Shown: positions 20,032-30,120, numbered from the stretch's first letter. The stretch is 64,000 nucleotides of DNA from Candidatus Bathyarchaeia archaeon (GCA_050012755.1 JBEKGO010000002.1:32001-96000); one strand, 5' to 3'. Notes: generated by a model from the sequence alone, not told the origin. Made by a program: numbers and translations.

Positions 20032-20418
20032 ATGCGTTGCTCAAACTGCGGAATTTGTTGTACAGAAACGGAAATGTTGCTTGCGGTAAGAGACATAAAA
20101 CGCCTAGAAAAGAAAGGCTTTAGCAAGAACTACTTTGTGGAAATTGACAAGCAAGGTTATGCCGTGCTTAAGAATCGAGATGGCTATTGTGTTTTCTACG
20201 ATTTGAAAGGTCACCAATGCAGTGTTTATGCTGATCGGCCGTCTGGTTGTAGAGTTTATCCTGTAATTTTGGATGAGGAAAAAGGGATAGTTTTTGATGA
20301 AATCTGTAATTCTTGTAGCAGCATAACTGTGAAAGAAAGAAAAGTTAATGGAAAAAAAGTAACTAAGCTTCTAGAAAGAATCGATGTTGAAGCCGAAAAT
20401 AGGCGTTCTCAAGTCTAA
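20032..20418 (+). CDS. YkgJ family cysteine cluster protein
   Basis: CSNCGICC, CVFY, CSVYADRPSGCRVYP. Confidence 0.9.
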   Translation: MRCSNCGICCTETEMLLAVRDIKRLEKKGFSKNYFVEIDKQGYAVLKNRDGYCVFYDLKGHQCSVYADRPSGCRVYPVILDEEKGIVFDEICNSCSSITVKERKVNGKKVTKLLERIDVEAENRRSQV

Positions 20419-20430
20419 TAAAGACGGAAA

Positions 20431-20604
20431 TTACTTCTTTTTGTTTTGAACATCTTTACATTGGCAGCAAATTACTTTTGTGTTCTTCTGAGTTTCCAAT
20501 TCTTCCCTTTTAATTAGACCAGTCTTTACCTGTTTACCACAATTATCGCAAAGAAATTGTACTTCGGCAACTCTGTGATTGGATTGAAGAACTTGGAGAG
20601 GCAA
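20431..20604 (-). CDS. Small C4 zinc-finger protein, 57 aa
   Basis: TTG start, MPLQVLQSNHRVAEVQFLCDNCGKQVKTGLIKREELETQKNTKVICCQCKDVQNKKK*. Confidence 0.65.
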   Translation of the reverse strand: MPLQVLQSNHRVAEVQFLCDNCGKQVKTGLIKREELETQKNTKVICCQCKDVQNKKK

Positions 20605-20613
20605 TTATTTTCC

Positions 20614-20751
20614 TTACTTACCAACTTTATCTTTGGAAAGTAAGTATTCAACGTATTCTCTTATGGTGCGGTTTGTTTCCTTGGCTCTTTTTTTGATGTC
20701 TTCATGAACCTTGTCGCTTACTGTTATGCACTTGTATCCTCTTCTGGGCAA
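20614..20751 (-). CDS. Ribbon-helix-helix protein, 45 aa
   Basis: TTG start, MPRRGYKCITVSDKVHEDIKKRAKETNRTIREYVEYLLSKDKVGK*. Confidence 0.75.
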   Translation of the reverse strand: MPRRGYKCITVSDKVHEDIKKRAKETNRTIREYVEYLLSKDKVGK

Positions 20752-20900
20752 AATGTCCAATCTCCATTCCGTATTTTACAGTACTCTAGTTATATATAAT
20801 TGACGGTGTTGTATGCTGCCTACTTCAACCGTGCGTCCTCCAATTGTGAAACCTTATATAAATGTACGTCCGCTAACTAAGAATCAGAGGGAAACAACAA

Positions 20901-21095
20901 ACGCCCAAAAAAGGCTACAAAAGCATCACTGTCAAGGCTGAGGTCTATGACTACTTCTTTAGAGAATGGCTCAGAGTCAAAGAGGAATACGCCATAAAAA
21001 AAGGCATTCACAGCTTCTCAGCATACGTTACCTACCAGCTATCTCAACTGATAAATGAAGACAAGAAACTCAACGATAAACGTAAAATGCCCTGA
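20901..21095 (+). CDS. Ribbon-helix-helix-like protein, 64 aa, apparent ACG start
   Basis: ACG-PKKGYKSITVKAEVYDYFFREWLRVKEEYAIKKGIHSFSAYVTYQLSQL...; upstream GAGGG and CCTTATATAAA. Confidence 0.65.
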   Translation, partial: TPKKGYKSITVKAEVYDYFFREWLRVKEEYAIKKGIHSFSAYVTYQLSQLINEDKKLNDKRKMP

Positions 21096-21147
21096 AGCCC
21101 TACATATTTAAATAATTCTTGAAGTGACTTGTCAACGGTGAATTACT

Positions 21148-22149
21148 ATGCCTTGCACTGTAATCGTCGGTGCCTTCTGGGGAGACGAAGGCAAAGGAAA
21201 AATAATCTCCTATTTAGCCCTAAAAGATAACATTGATTTTTGTGTAAGAACTGGTTCGGTAAATGCAGCTCACACCGTCTGGTTTGAAGACAAAAAATAT
21301 GCTCTGCACATGGTTCCTGCTGCATTCTTAAATCCAAAAACGCGCCTGCTTATTGCGGCAGGAGCAAACGTTGAGGTTAAAACGTTTCTTGATGAAGTTG
21401 AATTAACTAAGGTTAAAGACAGAATTGCCATAGACCAGAACGCTTCGATAATTGAAGAAAAACATAGTGCTCAGGACAAGGCAAGTGCTGTCAATAAAGG
21501 AATCGGAACCACAGGGCGAGGAGTAGGACCTGCCTTGGAAGAACGGGTTAGACGTACAGCAAAGCTTGCCAAAGATATCCCCGAATTGAAACTTTATCTT
21601 ACTGATCAAGTGCAAGAAGTCAACGACGGCTTGGATGTCGGCAAAAAAGTAATACTGGAAGGCACACAGGGCTTCATGTTATCGCTGTTTTTGGGGGGCG
21701 GTTACCCTTATGTGACTGGAAGAGATACTGGCGCATCAGCTATCGCATCGGAGGCTGGAGTGGGACCCACAAGAGTAGACGATGTGCTAATAGTTTACAA
21801 ATCATTCATTACAAGAGTTGGAGCTGGCCCGTTGCCTGGAGAAATAACAAAAGAGGAAGCGCAGAAACGCGGATGGTTTGAAGTTGCCGCTGGGACGGGC
21901 AGAGATCGACGTTCAGCGCCATTTGATTTTGAATTAGCTAGGAAGACTGCAAAGATAAACGGTGCCACACAGGCGGCGATGACGAAGTTGGACTGCATTT
22001 TCCCGAATTGTAGAAACGCCAGAAATTACAGCGATTTGCCCAAAGAAGCAAAAGATTTCATTAAGGATGTCGAGGACAAAACAGAAGTCCCTATCGTTTT
22101 AATAGGCACTGGACCTGAAGCAATGGATATAGTAGATCGCAGAAAATAG
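21148..22149 (+). CDS. purA: Adenylosuccinate synthetase (short archaeal form)
   Basis: GAFWGDEGKGK, GTTGRGVGPA, LEGTQG, TRVGAGP. Confidence 0.96.
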   Translation: MPCTVIVGAFWGDEGKGKIISYLALKDNIDFCVRTGSVNAAHTVWFEDKKYALHMVPAAFLNPKTRLLIAAGANVEVKTFLDEVELTKVKDRIAIDQNASIIEEKHSAQDKASAVNKGIGTTGRGVGPALEERVRRTAKLAKDIPELKLYLTDQVQEVNDGLDVGKKVILEGTQGFMLSLFLGGGYPYVTGRDTGASAIASEAGVGPTRVDDVLIVYKSFITRVGAGPLPGEITKEEAQKRGWFEVAAGTGRDRRSAPFDFELARKTAKINGATQAAMTKLDCIFPNCRNARNYSDLPKEAKDFIKDVEDKTEVPIVLIGTGPEAMDIVDRRK

Positions 22150-22173
22150 GAACTTTTATTTCCTGACAATCAA

Positions 22174-23337
22174 ATGCTCTTTCGAGGGCGAGACGCTAAG
22201 ATGACAGCTAACGAATCTATCAGAATTTCAACAGCCTTGCTAATACTTCTATTTACTGCAGGGCTTTTTATTGGCGGAATCGGAATTTACTTCTTAAGTT
22301 ACAGGGAAGTAAATTCTCTCAACGGTCAAGTTTCGAATCTGCAAAGCCAAGTTTCCAATCTCAGGGGCTTCCAAAACGTCACTTATCAAAACATCAATAT
22401 TCAGCAAAATGGCACATCACTGACTGACATTTATCAAGGGGTGCGAAACTCCGTTGTTTTAATACAAGGTGAAACGAGCAGCGGTACGGTGCAAGCATCT
22501 GGTTTTGTTTACAATTTTGCAGGCTCAATTGTTGTTTTAACTAATTATCATGTTGTTCAAGGTACAACCAGTTTGAGCGTCACGTTCTCCGATGGAAATG
22601 GCTATTCAGCCAGAGTTTTGGGGACTGATCCTTATTCAGATTTAGCGGTTGTTTCAGTTAATAATGCTCCCGTCACTGAATATAAACCGGTTACAATTGT
22701 AAGTTCATCTACGCTCAATGTCGGTGAATCAGTTATTGCCATTGGGAACCCCTATGGATTGGTTGGTTCATTAACAACAGGCGCTGTAAGTGCTTTGGGA
22801 AGAACAATAACCGAAGATACGGCTCAAGGCTTTGCGATTGCCAATATTATCCAAACAAGTACGCCTATTAACCCAGGAAACTCAGGAGGACCCCTTCTAA
22901 ATGCTGTCGGAAACGTCGTTGGCATCACGACAGCGATAGTTTCTAACTCTCAGGGATTAGGTTTTGCTATTCCATCAAACACAATTTTAAGAGAAATCTC
23001 GGCGTTGATAACAACAGGTTCTTACCATGGACACTCTTATCTTGGCGTTACAGGACAAGACATGGATTATGCAACAGCCCAGCAAACTGGAGACAGCATT
23101 ACTTACGGCTGGAAAATTGCCACAATAGTTAGTGGAGGACCTTCAGACGGCAAGCTAAGTGTTGGTGACATTATAATTGCGCTCAATAATCAAACAATTA
23201 GAAACAATGATGACTTAGCAAGCTACCTAGAAGAACATACTTTGCCAGGCAACAGTTTAACTATAACTGTTGTAAGAGGAAGCGCACAACTAAATGTAAT
23301 TGTTGTCCTCGGAGAAAGGCCAGCGGCTACATCATAA
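22174..23337 (+). CDS. HtrA/DegP-like membrane-anchored serine protease with PDZ domain
   Basis: TNYHVV, DLAV, INPGNSGGPL, C-terminal PDZ. Confidence 0.93.
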   Translation: MLFRGRDAKMTANESIRISTALLILLFTAGLFIGGIGIYFLSYREVNSLNGQVSNLQSQVSNLRGFQNVTYQNINIQQNGTSLTDIYQGVRNSVVLIQGETSSGTVQASGFVYNFAGSIVVLTNYHVVQGTTSLSVTFSDGNGYSARVLGTDPYSDLAVVSVNNAPVTEYKPVTIVSSSTLNVGESVIAIGNPYGLVGSLTTGAVSALGRTITEDTAQGFAIANIIQTSTPINPGNSGGPLLNAVGNVVGITTAIVSNSQGLGFAIPSNTILREISALITTGSYHGHSYLGVTGQDMDYATAQQTGDSITYGWKIATIVSGGPSDGKLSVGDIIIALNNQTIRNNDDLASYLEEHTLPGNSLTITVVRGSAQLNVIVVLGERPAATS

Positions 23338-23513
23338 AAATCTCTCAAATTTCCTATAATAATTCTGTTTGACAGTATTTTCTTAAAAAATAATTCACTT
23401 TCTTTCGTGAAACAAATTAGCAGGCGACTGATTGCCGTGCTTTTTGTTTCCCTTTTAAATTAAGGGATAAATACTGGAAGTGCAATTTCGTTACCTTAAA
23501 GGAGAAATAAAAG

Positions 23514-23936
23514 TTGTCTGTAGCGCAAAGAAAATATTTCACTGAAATCGCAGCGTTGGCAGATAAAACTGTGTCTGTTGTAACAACTACAGGAAAAACA
23601 TTTACTGGCACATTAATCGGCATTAACCCTGACAATATGAGCCTAAGCATAAGTGATGCTAAAGATGAATCTGGAAAATTAGTTCACAGAATATTCCTAA
23701 ACGGATCTGTCGTGGCTCAAATATCAAGCGCAGAAAAACCCTTCGACCTTAAAGGCTTAGCTTCCAGACTTGAAAAAGTTTTTCCAACTATGGTTAAACT
23801 ATATGAAGACCAAGGGTTCATTTGGGTAATGGACAAAGTGAAACTTACCGAAAAAGGCGTAACTGAAGGTTCAGGTCCAGCTGCTGATCGAGTGCAAAGA
23901 GTTTACGAAGCGTTCATGAGTGAAGTAAAAACCTAA
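23514..23936 (+). CDS. Lsm family RNA-binding protein (SmAP3-like, with C-terminal domain)
   Basis: Sm fold (VVTTTGKTFTGTLIGIN, IFLNGSVV) plus FDLKGLASRLEKVFP extension. Confidence 0.88.
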   Translation: MSVAQRKYFTEIAALADKTVSVVTTTGKTFTGTLIGINPDNMSLSISDAKDESGKLVHRIFLNGSVVAQISSAEKPFDLKGLASRLEKVFPTMVKLYEDQGFIWVMDKVKLTEKGVTEGSGPAADRVQRVYEAFMSEVKT

Positions 23937-24715
23937 ATAAACCAGCGCAGTTGTTGATCCTCTTTCTTCTTTTCTTCTGTTATGCTTCTGATAATTCCAA
24001 ATGATTCTAAGGTCTTTTTAATTTCGACCCCGCTTTCTTCTAACTTGGATTGGTCAACATTAAGGTTCAAGTATTTGTCGAGCAAATTCAAGGCGTATCT
24101 TGCAGCGTTTACGTCAGGATTCATTCCGAGAGTATCTACAAGAAGCGAGAAACCTTTCATATCCCTGATTCTTGCCAGCCCAATAGATAAGCCAGCGATG
24201 CCGAAAACATGTCCAACCATCACCTTGGTTCCCAGATCCAGAGCTTCTTGCATTGTATCCAAATCAGTGGCAGTGCTGTAAATTGCAGGTACAGGCTGTG
24301 CCTCGTCTTTTTTGAAGCCACCGATAGAAATTACGAAGCGGGAGCCAAACTGTTGTGCTAAATCAAGAACTTTACCAACCAATTCATATTGCCCCACAGT
24401 TGTCAACGCTTGTGTGTTTCCGAACCAAATAATTAAGTCGCGTGCGCTATCTCTTCGCTTAACATAATATAGTTCATTTATAGGTGTAAGTGCTCCCCCA
24501 TCTCCTGTTGTGACGGCAAAATCTTGGAATGACGAAGAAAAAATCTGCACAAATTTTTTGGCTTTAAGCTCTTTTATCAAATGCAGTGTCGCGATGTTAG
24601 CTACAAATCCTATGCCTGGCAACCCTTCAATGAGGATTGGGTCGTTCAGTTTTGGTTTTTCAATTATATCAATAGAGCAAACCATTGTTGCGCATCTCTC
24701 TTCGTTATTAGACAA
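23933..24715 (-). CDS. PAC2 family proteasome assembly chaperone
   Basis: LIEGLPGIGFVANIA, ISIGGF, GIAGL. Confidence 0.9.
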   Translation of the reverse strand: MSNNEERCATMVCSIDIIEKPKLNDPILIEGLPGIGFVANIATLHLIKELKAKKFVQIFSSSFQDFAVTTGDGGALTPINELYYVKRRDSARDLIIWFGNTQALTTVGQYELVGKVLDLAQQFGSRFVISIGGFKKDEAQPVPAIYSTATDLDTMQEALDLGTKVMVGHVFGIAGLSIGLARIRDMKGFSLLVDTLGMNPDVNAARYALNLLDKYLNLNVDQSKLEESGVEIKKTLESFGIIRSITEEKKKEDQQLRWFI

Positions 24716-24946
24716 ACTATGGTGATATAAGCATGCCTAATCTAATTGGGACTTATGTTTAGGCTGTCGCCTGCTTAAGATTTTATAGAGTAAGCATCAA
24801 GCGAACAGCATTATCAATCAAGAGGCTTTTTCGGGGGTAGAATCCCGAGTGACTTAGCCAAAAATAAATCCTGTGCTTGCTCTGGTTGTCTATCTTTTTT
24901 TAAACTTTTTTATAATCGAGCAGCCCATCATGTTTAGGTTTCAGCG

Positions 24947-26572
24947 TTGAGTTTCGAAATCAAAGAAAAGGACTTACTTGGCAGAATAGGCAAACTAAAA
25001 ACTAAAAGCGGAACAGTGGAAACTCCCCTTTTATACCCTGTAATTAACCCCAGTATCCAGCTAGTTAACCCAAGAAAGCTTAAGGAAAACTTCGGTTTTG
25101 AAGCAATAATAACGAACGCTTACATACTCAATAAACGCTATGGCGACAAAGTGGTCAACGAAGGTTTGCATAAATTTTTGGATTTCGATGGAGCTGTAAT
25201 GACTGATTCAGGAGCTTACCAAATCCTTGTTTATGGCGAAGTAGAAGTCAGCCAAAAAGAAATCGTTGCTTACCAAGAAGCCATCGGCAGTGACATTGCC
25301 ACAATGCTAGACATTCCAACAGGGTGGAAAGTAACTAAAGAACAAGCCCAAGAAACCGTGGCTGAAACATTAAAACGAGCTAAGGCTTTCTTCAAAATCA
25401 AAACACGCGATGATATTTTATGGGTTGGACCAGTACAAGGCGGAAGACACCTAGACCTCGTTGCCAGTTCAGCTCTCGAAATGGGAAAATTGCCTTTCCA
25501 AATCCACGCGCTCGGAAGCCCAACTGAAGTTATGGAAAGCTACCGCTATGACGTGTTAGCCGACATGATATTAACCGCTAAAAAAGGCTTGCCTATTGAG
25601 CGCCCACTGCATTTGTTTGGCGCTGGGCACCCAGCCATGTTTTCGCTTGCAGTGGCTTTGGGCTGTGACCTTTTTGACTCAGCAGCTTATGTTTTGTATG
25701 CTCGAGAAAACCGTTACATGACTGAAAACGGCACATGGCGACTACACGAGCTAGATCATTTTCCATGTTCGTGCCCTAGATGCTCATCTGAAACGCCAAG
25801 AGGGCTTGAACAGAAACCAAAAAAGGAACAAGAGATTTTCTTAGCTGAACATAATCTTTATGTTTGCGTTGCGGAGATGCGACGAGTTAAGCAGGCTATA
25901 AAGGACGGCAGATTGTGGGAGCACACAGAAATGCGAGTTCACGGGCATCCAGCGTTGCTCTCTGCGCTCAAAAAACTTCGAAATCATGTTGATTTTCTTG
26001 AAAAGCACAGTCCAATAGTAAAGAGTAGTGGTTTCTTCTACTTTGGTTCTGAAGGACTTGCACGCCCCGAAATCACACATTACCGCAAACGTTTAACTGA
26101 ACGGTATGACCCGCCCAGCAACGCGAAAGTTCTGTTTCTTGTACCTCAGACACGAAATAAGCCGTTTCATAAAGCACCTGAATTCAAAAAGATTCGCCAG
26201 CTTTTCCGCAGTTTAGGCGAAAACTTTGCGTCAAAAATCCATGTCTGCGTTTACTGTGCCCCATTTGGCGTGATTCCATTGGAACTTGATGAGACTTATC
26301 CGTTGAGCCAGCATGAAGCCGCTTTGCCAATCGACTTAGAAACTGTGGATTATGTTGCAAATCAAACTCAAGAATATATTGTACGTTCGGCTTACGTGAG
26401 TGTTGTCTTGCTTAATGATGCTAAACTTTGGCAAGACACAGTTGAAAAGGCCTGCAAATCAGCGTGTAGGGCGAAGGGTTTAGCGTTTGACTGCGTTGGT
26501 GTCGATGTGAAAGAAAGCAAAGAGATTTTAGCTCGTTTAGAGAAGATTTTTCGGAAACATCTGAGTGAATAA
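24947..26572 (+). CDS. tgtA: Archaeosine tRNA-guanine(15) transglycosylase
   Basis: MTDSGAYQ, HLFGAGHP, GCDLFDSAAY, CSCPRC. Confidence 0.95.
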   Translation: MSFEIKEKDLLGRIGKLKTKSGTVETPLLYPVINPSIQLVNPRKLKENFGFEAIITNAYILNKRYGDKVVNEGLHKFLDFDGAVMTDSGAYQILVYGEVEVSQKEIVAYQEAIGSDIATMLDIPTGWKVTKEQAQETVAETLKRAKAFFKIKTRDDILWVGPVQGGRHLDLVASSALEMGKLPFQIHALGSPTEVMESYRYDVLADMILTAKKGLPIERPLHLFGAGHPAMFSLAVALGCDLFDSAAYVLYARENRYMTENGTWRLHELDHFPCSCPRCSSETPRGLEQKPKKEQEIFLAEHNLYVCVAEMRRVKQAIKDGRLWEHTEMRVHGHPALLSALKKLRNHVDFLEKHSPIVKSSGFFYFGSEGLARPEITHYRKRLTERYDPPSNAKVLFLVPQTRNKPFHKAPEFKKIRQLFRSLGENFASKIHVCVYCAPFGVIPLELDETYPLSQHEAALPIDLETVDYVANQTQEYIVRSAYVSVVLLNDAKLWQDTVEKACKSACRAKGLAFDCVGVDVKESKEILARLEKIFRKHLSE

Positions 26573-26574
26573 CG

Positions 26575-27168
26575 TTGATTCAGGCAGACCTTCATATTCA
26601 CACAGTTTACTCTTCTGACTCGCTTATCCAACCTAAAAGTTTGGTTGACATGCTTGTAGCGCACAGTTTCATTAAGGTTGCAGCCGTAACTGATCATGAC
26701 AACGTCCGCGGTTGCAGAGCAACGGTTGAGTTGGCTGCTGCTTACCCTGATGTCCTGATTATCCCAGGCGTAGAAATCAGCACGACAGAGGGGGACATAT
26801 TGATTTTGGGGGCTGAGGAGTTGCCGCCTAAGCCTTGGACAGCAGAGACAGTGGTTGATTACGCAAAAAACATAGACGCCGTCACCATTGTGGCTCATCC
26901 TTTCCGCGAATATGGCATGGGAGAGTCAGCAAGAAAATATAATGTCGACGCGATTGAGGTCCTCAACGGCAACTCATCAACAGCAGCCAATAATGAAGCG
27001 AAAGCGCTTGCCAAAAGCATGGGTTTGCCCGGCACAGCCGGCAGCGACGCGCACCAAGTTTCAGAGCTGTTTAGCGTCAACGCAAAAATCGAAGCAAATT
27101 TGAATGTTGAATCGGTGTTAAAGGCAATTAAGAAGGGTTCCATATCTACGCAAGTAACAAAAGGATAA
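26575..27168 (+). CDS. PHP domain metal-dependent phosphoesterase
   Basis: DLHIHT, VTDHD, GVEIST, AHPF, GSDAH. Confidence 0.92.
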   Translation: MIQADLHIHTVYSSDSLIQPKSLVDMLVAHSFIKVAAVTDHDNVRGCRATVELAAAYPDVLIIPGVEISTTEGDILILGAEELPPKPWTAETVVDYAKNIDAVTIVAHPFREYGMGESARKYNVDAIEVLNGNSSTAANNEAKALAKSMGLPGTAGSDAHQVSELFSVNAKIEANLNVESVLKAIKKGSISTQVTKG

Positions 27169-27232
27169 ATATCTTTTTAAAACACCTGCGTTAATTTTTA
27201 ATCGTCAAAGGTTAACATTAGGATTGGTCTGA

Positions 27233-28489
27233 TTGCAGGTTGGATTTTTAGGCGGAGCTAGAGAAGTTGGCAGAATTGGCATAACTGTTAAGTCTCAAAA
27301 AAGTAAAGTTGTGCTAGATTACGGAGTCATGCTTGATCATGAACCTGGTTTCCCAATGCATGTTCCACCCAAAGAGTTAGATGCGGTTATTCTAACTCAC
27401 AGCCACCTTGACCATTCAGGAGCCATCCCAATCTTTTACATAAACGACAAAAAACCATTAATCACAAACAAACTAAATTTGGAATTAACTCAGGTTCTAA
27501 TTCAAGATTTTATTCATTTATCAAGTTACTATTTGCCTTTTGAGTATCTTGAACTTAACACAATGATGCATAACAGTAGACACATAGATTTTGGTGTAGA
27601 AGAAACCGTCGGCGATATGAAAATTAAACTGTTTGATGCAGGACATACCCCTGGAAGCGCTCAGGTGCAAGTTGAAGCAGATGGCAAAAAAATTCTCTTC
27701 ACTGGCGACTACAACATGGAAGATAGTAAAATGTTAAAAGGCGCCACAATGGATTACGGCGATTTCGACGCTGTTATTACAGAGAGCACTTATGCAAGTG
27801 AAGATCATACCTTGCGACCTGAACTCGAAAAAAGTTTTGTTGAAGCAGCAACCGAGGTAGTTGAGCGTGGTGGAACTGTTCTGGTTCCAGCGTTTGGTGT
27901 GGGGCGGGCGCAGGAGATTGCTTGCGTTTTGTCGGCAAACCATTTTGAATACCCAGTGGTTTTGGATGGTATGGCTCGGGAAGCTAGCCGAATAATGATG
28001 AATTACAAAGAGTTCCTGAGAGACCCCAAGCTCTTCATGAATGCCATGCACTCATTGGATTGGGTTGATGGCTGGAGAGATCGACGCAGAGCAGCTAGGG
28101 ATCCAGGCGTTGTTATTTCACCCGCAGGCATGTTGAAAGGTGGTCCATCACAATTTTATGTTTCAAAAATAGCCAAGAAGGCAACTAACGCAATTTTCCT
28201 GGTTAGTTATCAGATTCCTGGTACACCCGGCAAACAATTAATGGACACGGGTGTTACCCTGGTTGATGGAAAAGTGCGTAAGGTCAAGTCGCAGTATCGA
28301 CATTTCGATTTCTCCTCTCATTGTGGAGCAAGCCAACTCAAAGAAGGCTTACGACGCCTCGGAGGGAAACCAAAAGTATTCTGCGTTCACGGTGCAGAAG
28401 GCAACTGTGAATTGTTTGCGAATTGGGCAAAAACCGAGCTTGGATTAGATGCGGTAGCTCCTAGAACTGGTGAAACTTTCGAAATTTAG
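27233..28489 (+). CDS. Beta-CASP MBL-fold ribonuclease (aCPSF2-like)
   Basis: THSHLDHSG, AGHTPGS, ESTY, PAFGVGRAQE, FSSH, VHG; no KH domains. Confidence 0.9.
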   Translation: MQVGFLGGAREVGRIGITVKSQKSKVVLDYGVMLDHEPGFPMHVPPKELDAVILTHSHLDHSGAIPIFYINDKKPLITNKLNLELTQVLIQDFIHLSSYYLPFEYLELNTMMHNSRHIDFGVEETVGDMKIKLFDAGHTPGSAQVQVEADGKKILFTGDYNMEDSKMLKGATMDYGDFDAVITESTYASEDHTLRPELEKSFVEAATEVVERGGTVLVPAFGVGRAQEIACVLSANHFEYPVVLDGMAREASRIMMNYKEFLRDPKLFMNAMHSLDWVDGWRDRRRAARDPGVVISPAGMLKGGPSQFYVSKIAKKATNAIFLVSYQIPGTPGKQLMDTGVTLVDGKVRKVKSQYRHFDFSSHCGASQLKEGLRRLGGKPKVFCVHGAEGNCELFANWAKTELGLDAVAPRTGETFEI

Positions 28490-28498
28490 GCTATTTGC

Positions 28499-29050
28499 AT
28501 GAAAATAGGTATTTTGTCTGTCGGCCAATTAGCTCCTGACGCGTTGGTTAACCTTAAGCAAGAGTTAGTTAAAATTCTTCCTGACACCGACTGCACAACG
28601 ATTAAAGATTCTTTTCCTGTTCCAAAGCAAGCTTTTGACAAGAAACGTAGCCAATATAATTCAAGCATTATACTTGACGATCTGAGAGTTTTCATAGTTA
28701 AAAAACCCCAGTATCATCGTGTTTTGGGTGTAATTGATGCTGACATCTTTGCTTCTGGCTTGAATTATGTGTTTGGTGAAGCTTATGTTTCTGGAAGGGC
28801 TGCTTTGATTTCGCTCTGGAGACTTAAACCCCAGTTCTATCGTGAAAACGTCAACATAACTGTCTTTGTCTCAAGGATGGTGAAGGAAGCTGTGCATGAG
28901 TTGGGGCACACTTTGGGTCTTCAACATTGCTCGCGGAGTTTCTGTGTTATGCATTTTTCAAATTCTATTTTTGATACAGATAAAAAGCAAAGCTTATTGT
29001 GTGACCAATGTTATTTGCAAACGGCTTTAGCTATTAGCAATTTAGGGTAA
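28499..29050 (+). CDS. amzA: Archaemetzincin Zn metalloprotease
   Basis: HELGHTLGLQHC...CVMHFSNS...LCDQC. Confidence 0.93.
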   Translation: MKIGILSVGQLAPDALVNLKQELVKILPDTDCTTIKDSFPVPKQAFDKKRSQYNSSIILDDLRVFIVKKPQYHRVLGVIDADIFASGLNYVFGEAYVSGRAALISLWRLKPQFYRENVNITVFVSRMVKEAVHELGHTLGLQHCSRSFCVMHFSNSIFDTDKKQSLLCDQCYLQTALAISNLG

Positions 29051-29056
29051 GCAACC

Positions 29057-29914
29057 TTGACCGAGCAAAAGAAAGAGGATAAATTCAAATTTCAAATTGT
29101 TTATTTGATTCCGATACTAGCAAGCTTAGTTTTTGGTTTAGGCTGCGCTTACTTGCTAGTGCCGCAGTCGAGTACAAGTATTCCAGTCACACCTATTCCC
29201 GACAACACTCCTGCAGGACCTTTCGGCAACGCTTTGTACTTTGTAGTTCTTGTAGCTGTAAGTGCAACGTTGTTCTATGTCCTTCTGAAGCGGAAAAGCA
29301 AAAAAATCATCAAAACACTAATTGTGGTTGCAATGACCGTTGCTGCTTTGCTTTTGTCTCTGGTTTATTTGTCAACTGTATTCTCTTTTTTCCCAAATTG
29401 GAGCATCCTTCTAATTCCCTTGTCGATAGTAATTGCGGTGCTGTTTGATCTTGCAATTTTCCGTTTCGGTAACATTTCCAGAAACGTGGCGGTAGTTTGT
29501 GTTGGAGGGGCTTTGGGTGTTTTCTTTGGTAAATTTATTCCATTGTACAGTGCAGTCGTGATTTTGGCATTCCTTGCAATCTATGATGTATTTGCGGTTT
29601 ATCGAGGTCCAGTCGGAAAAATTGCTCAATCATCAGGGCTTGACGAACTTCAAGGTTTAAGCTTCTCTTTCAAAGACATTCAGATGGGACTTGGCGACTT
29701 AGTTTTCTATTCAATGCTGACTGGCGCCATATTCTTCTATTTCAGCATGAGTATTCTGCCAACAATAGTTGCGATCATTGGCATCTTAGCAGGCTCAATC
29801 ATAACCTTTTTCATGCTTGAACGAAAAGGCATCTTCCCAGGCTTACCCTTTCCCATCATGTTGGGTTTAGCAGGCGGCTTAATTACCGGGTTTTTGATAC
29901 TTCCCCTTTTGTAG
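29057..29914 (+). CDS. Presenilin-family intramembrane aspartyl protease
   Basis: IYDVFAV, MGLGDLVFYS, PGLP (PAL-like) motifs; about 9 TM helices. Confidence 0.9.
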   Translation: MTEQKKEDKFKFQIVYLIPILASLVFGLGCAYLLVPQSSTSIPVTPIPDNTPAGPFGNALYFVVLVAVSATLFYVLLKRKSKKIIKTLIVVAMTVAALLLSLVYLSTVFSFFPNWSILLIPLSIVIAVLFDLAIFRFGNISRNVAVVCVGGALGVFFGKFIPLYSAVVILAFLAIYDVFAVYRGPVGKIAQSSGLDELQGLSFSFKDIQMGLGDLVFYSMLTGAIFFYFSMSILPTIVAIIGILAGSIITFFMLERKGIFPGLPFPIMLGLAGGLITGFLILPLL

Positions 29915-29937
29915 TTACATCATATCTAGGATTAATG

Positions 29938-30120
29938 AGCAGTTTTGTGCAAATTTTGTTCTTTGTGCTTTGGGTTGCTTTCTTTAAGCAAAGCTTAAAT
30001 TGTTTGTAGGTTGCGTCTAGATTCGTCCCGTTTCGTCCCAATTCGTCCCGTTTCGTCTTGATTCGTCCCAAAAAGTCCCAAAATGTCCCGAAAACTCCCA
30101 GAAAGTCTTACAAAAATCTA
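29938..30120 (-). repeat. Dispersed element copy 4 (minus strand): 10-bp array plus conserved core
   Basis: Minus strand: GGGACATTTT GGGACTTTTT GGGACGAATC AAGACGAAAC GGGACGAATT GGGACGAAAC GGGACGAATC TAGAC then GCAACCTACAAACAATTTAAG...GAAAGCAACCCAAAGCACAAAGAACAAAATTTGC. Confidence 0.87.

Noticed and set aside
23419-23447. Hairpin plus T-run upstream of the Lsm gene
   Set aside because: Short and imperfect; cannot be distinguished from chance
29883-30071. 62-aa ORF over repeat copy 4
   Set aside because: The equivalent frame has stop codons in copies 1 and 5
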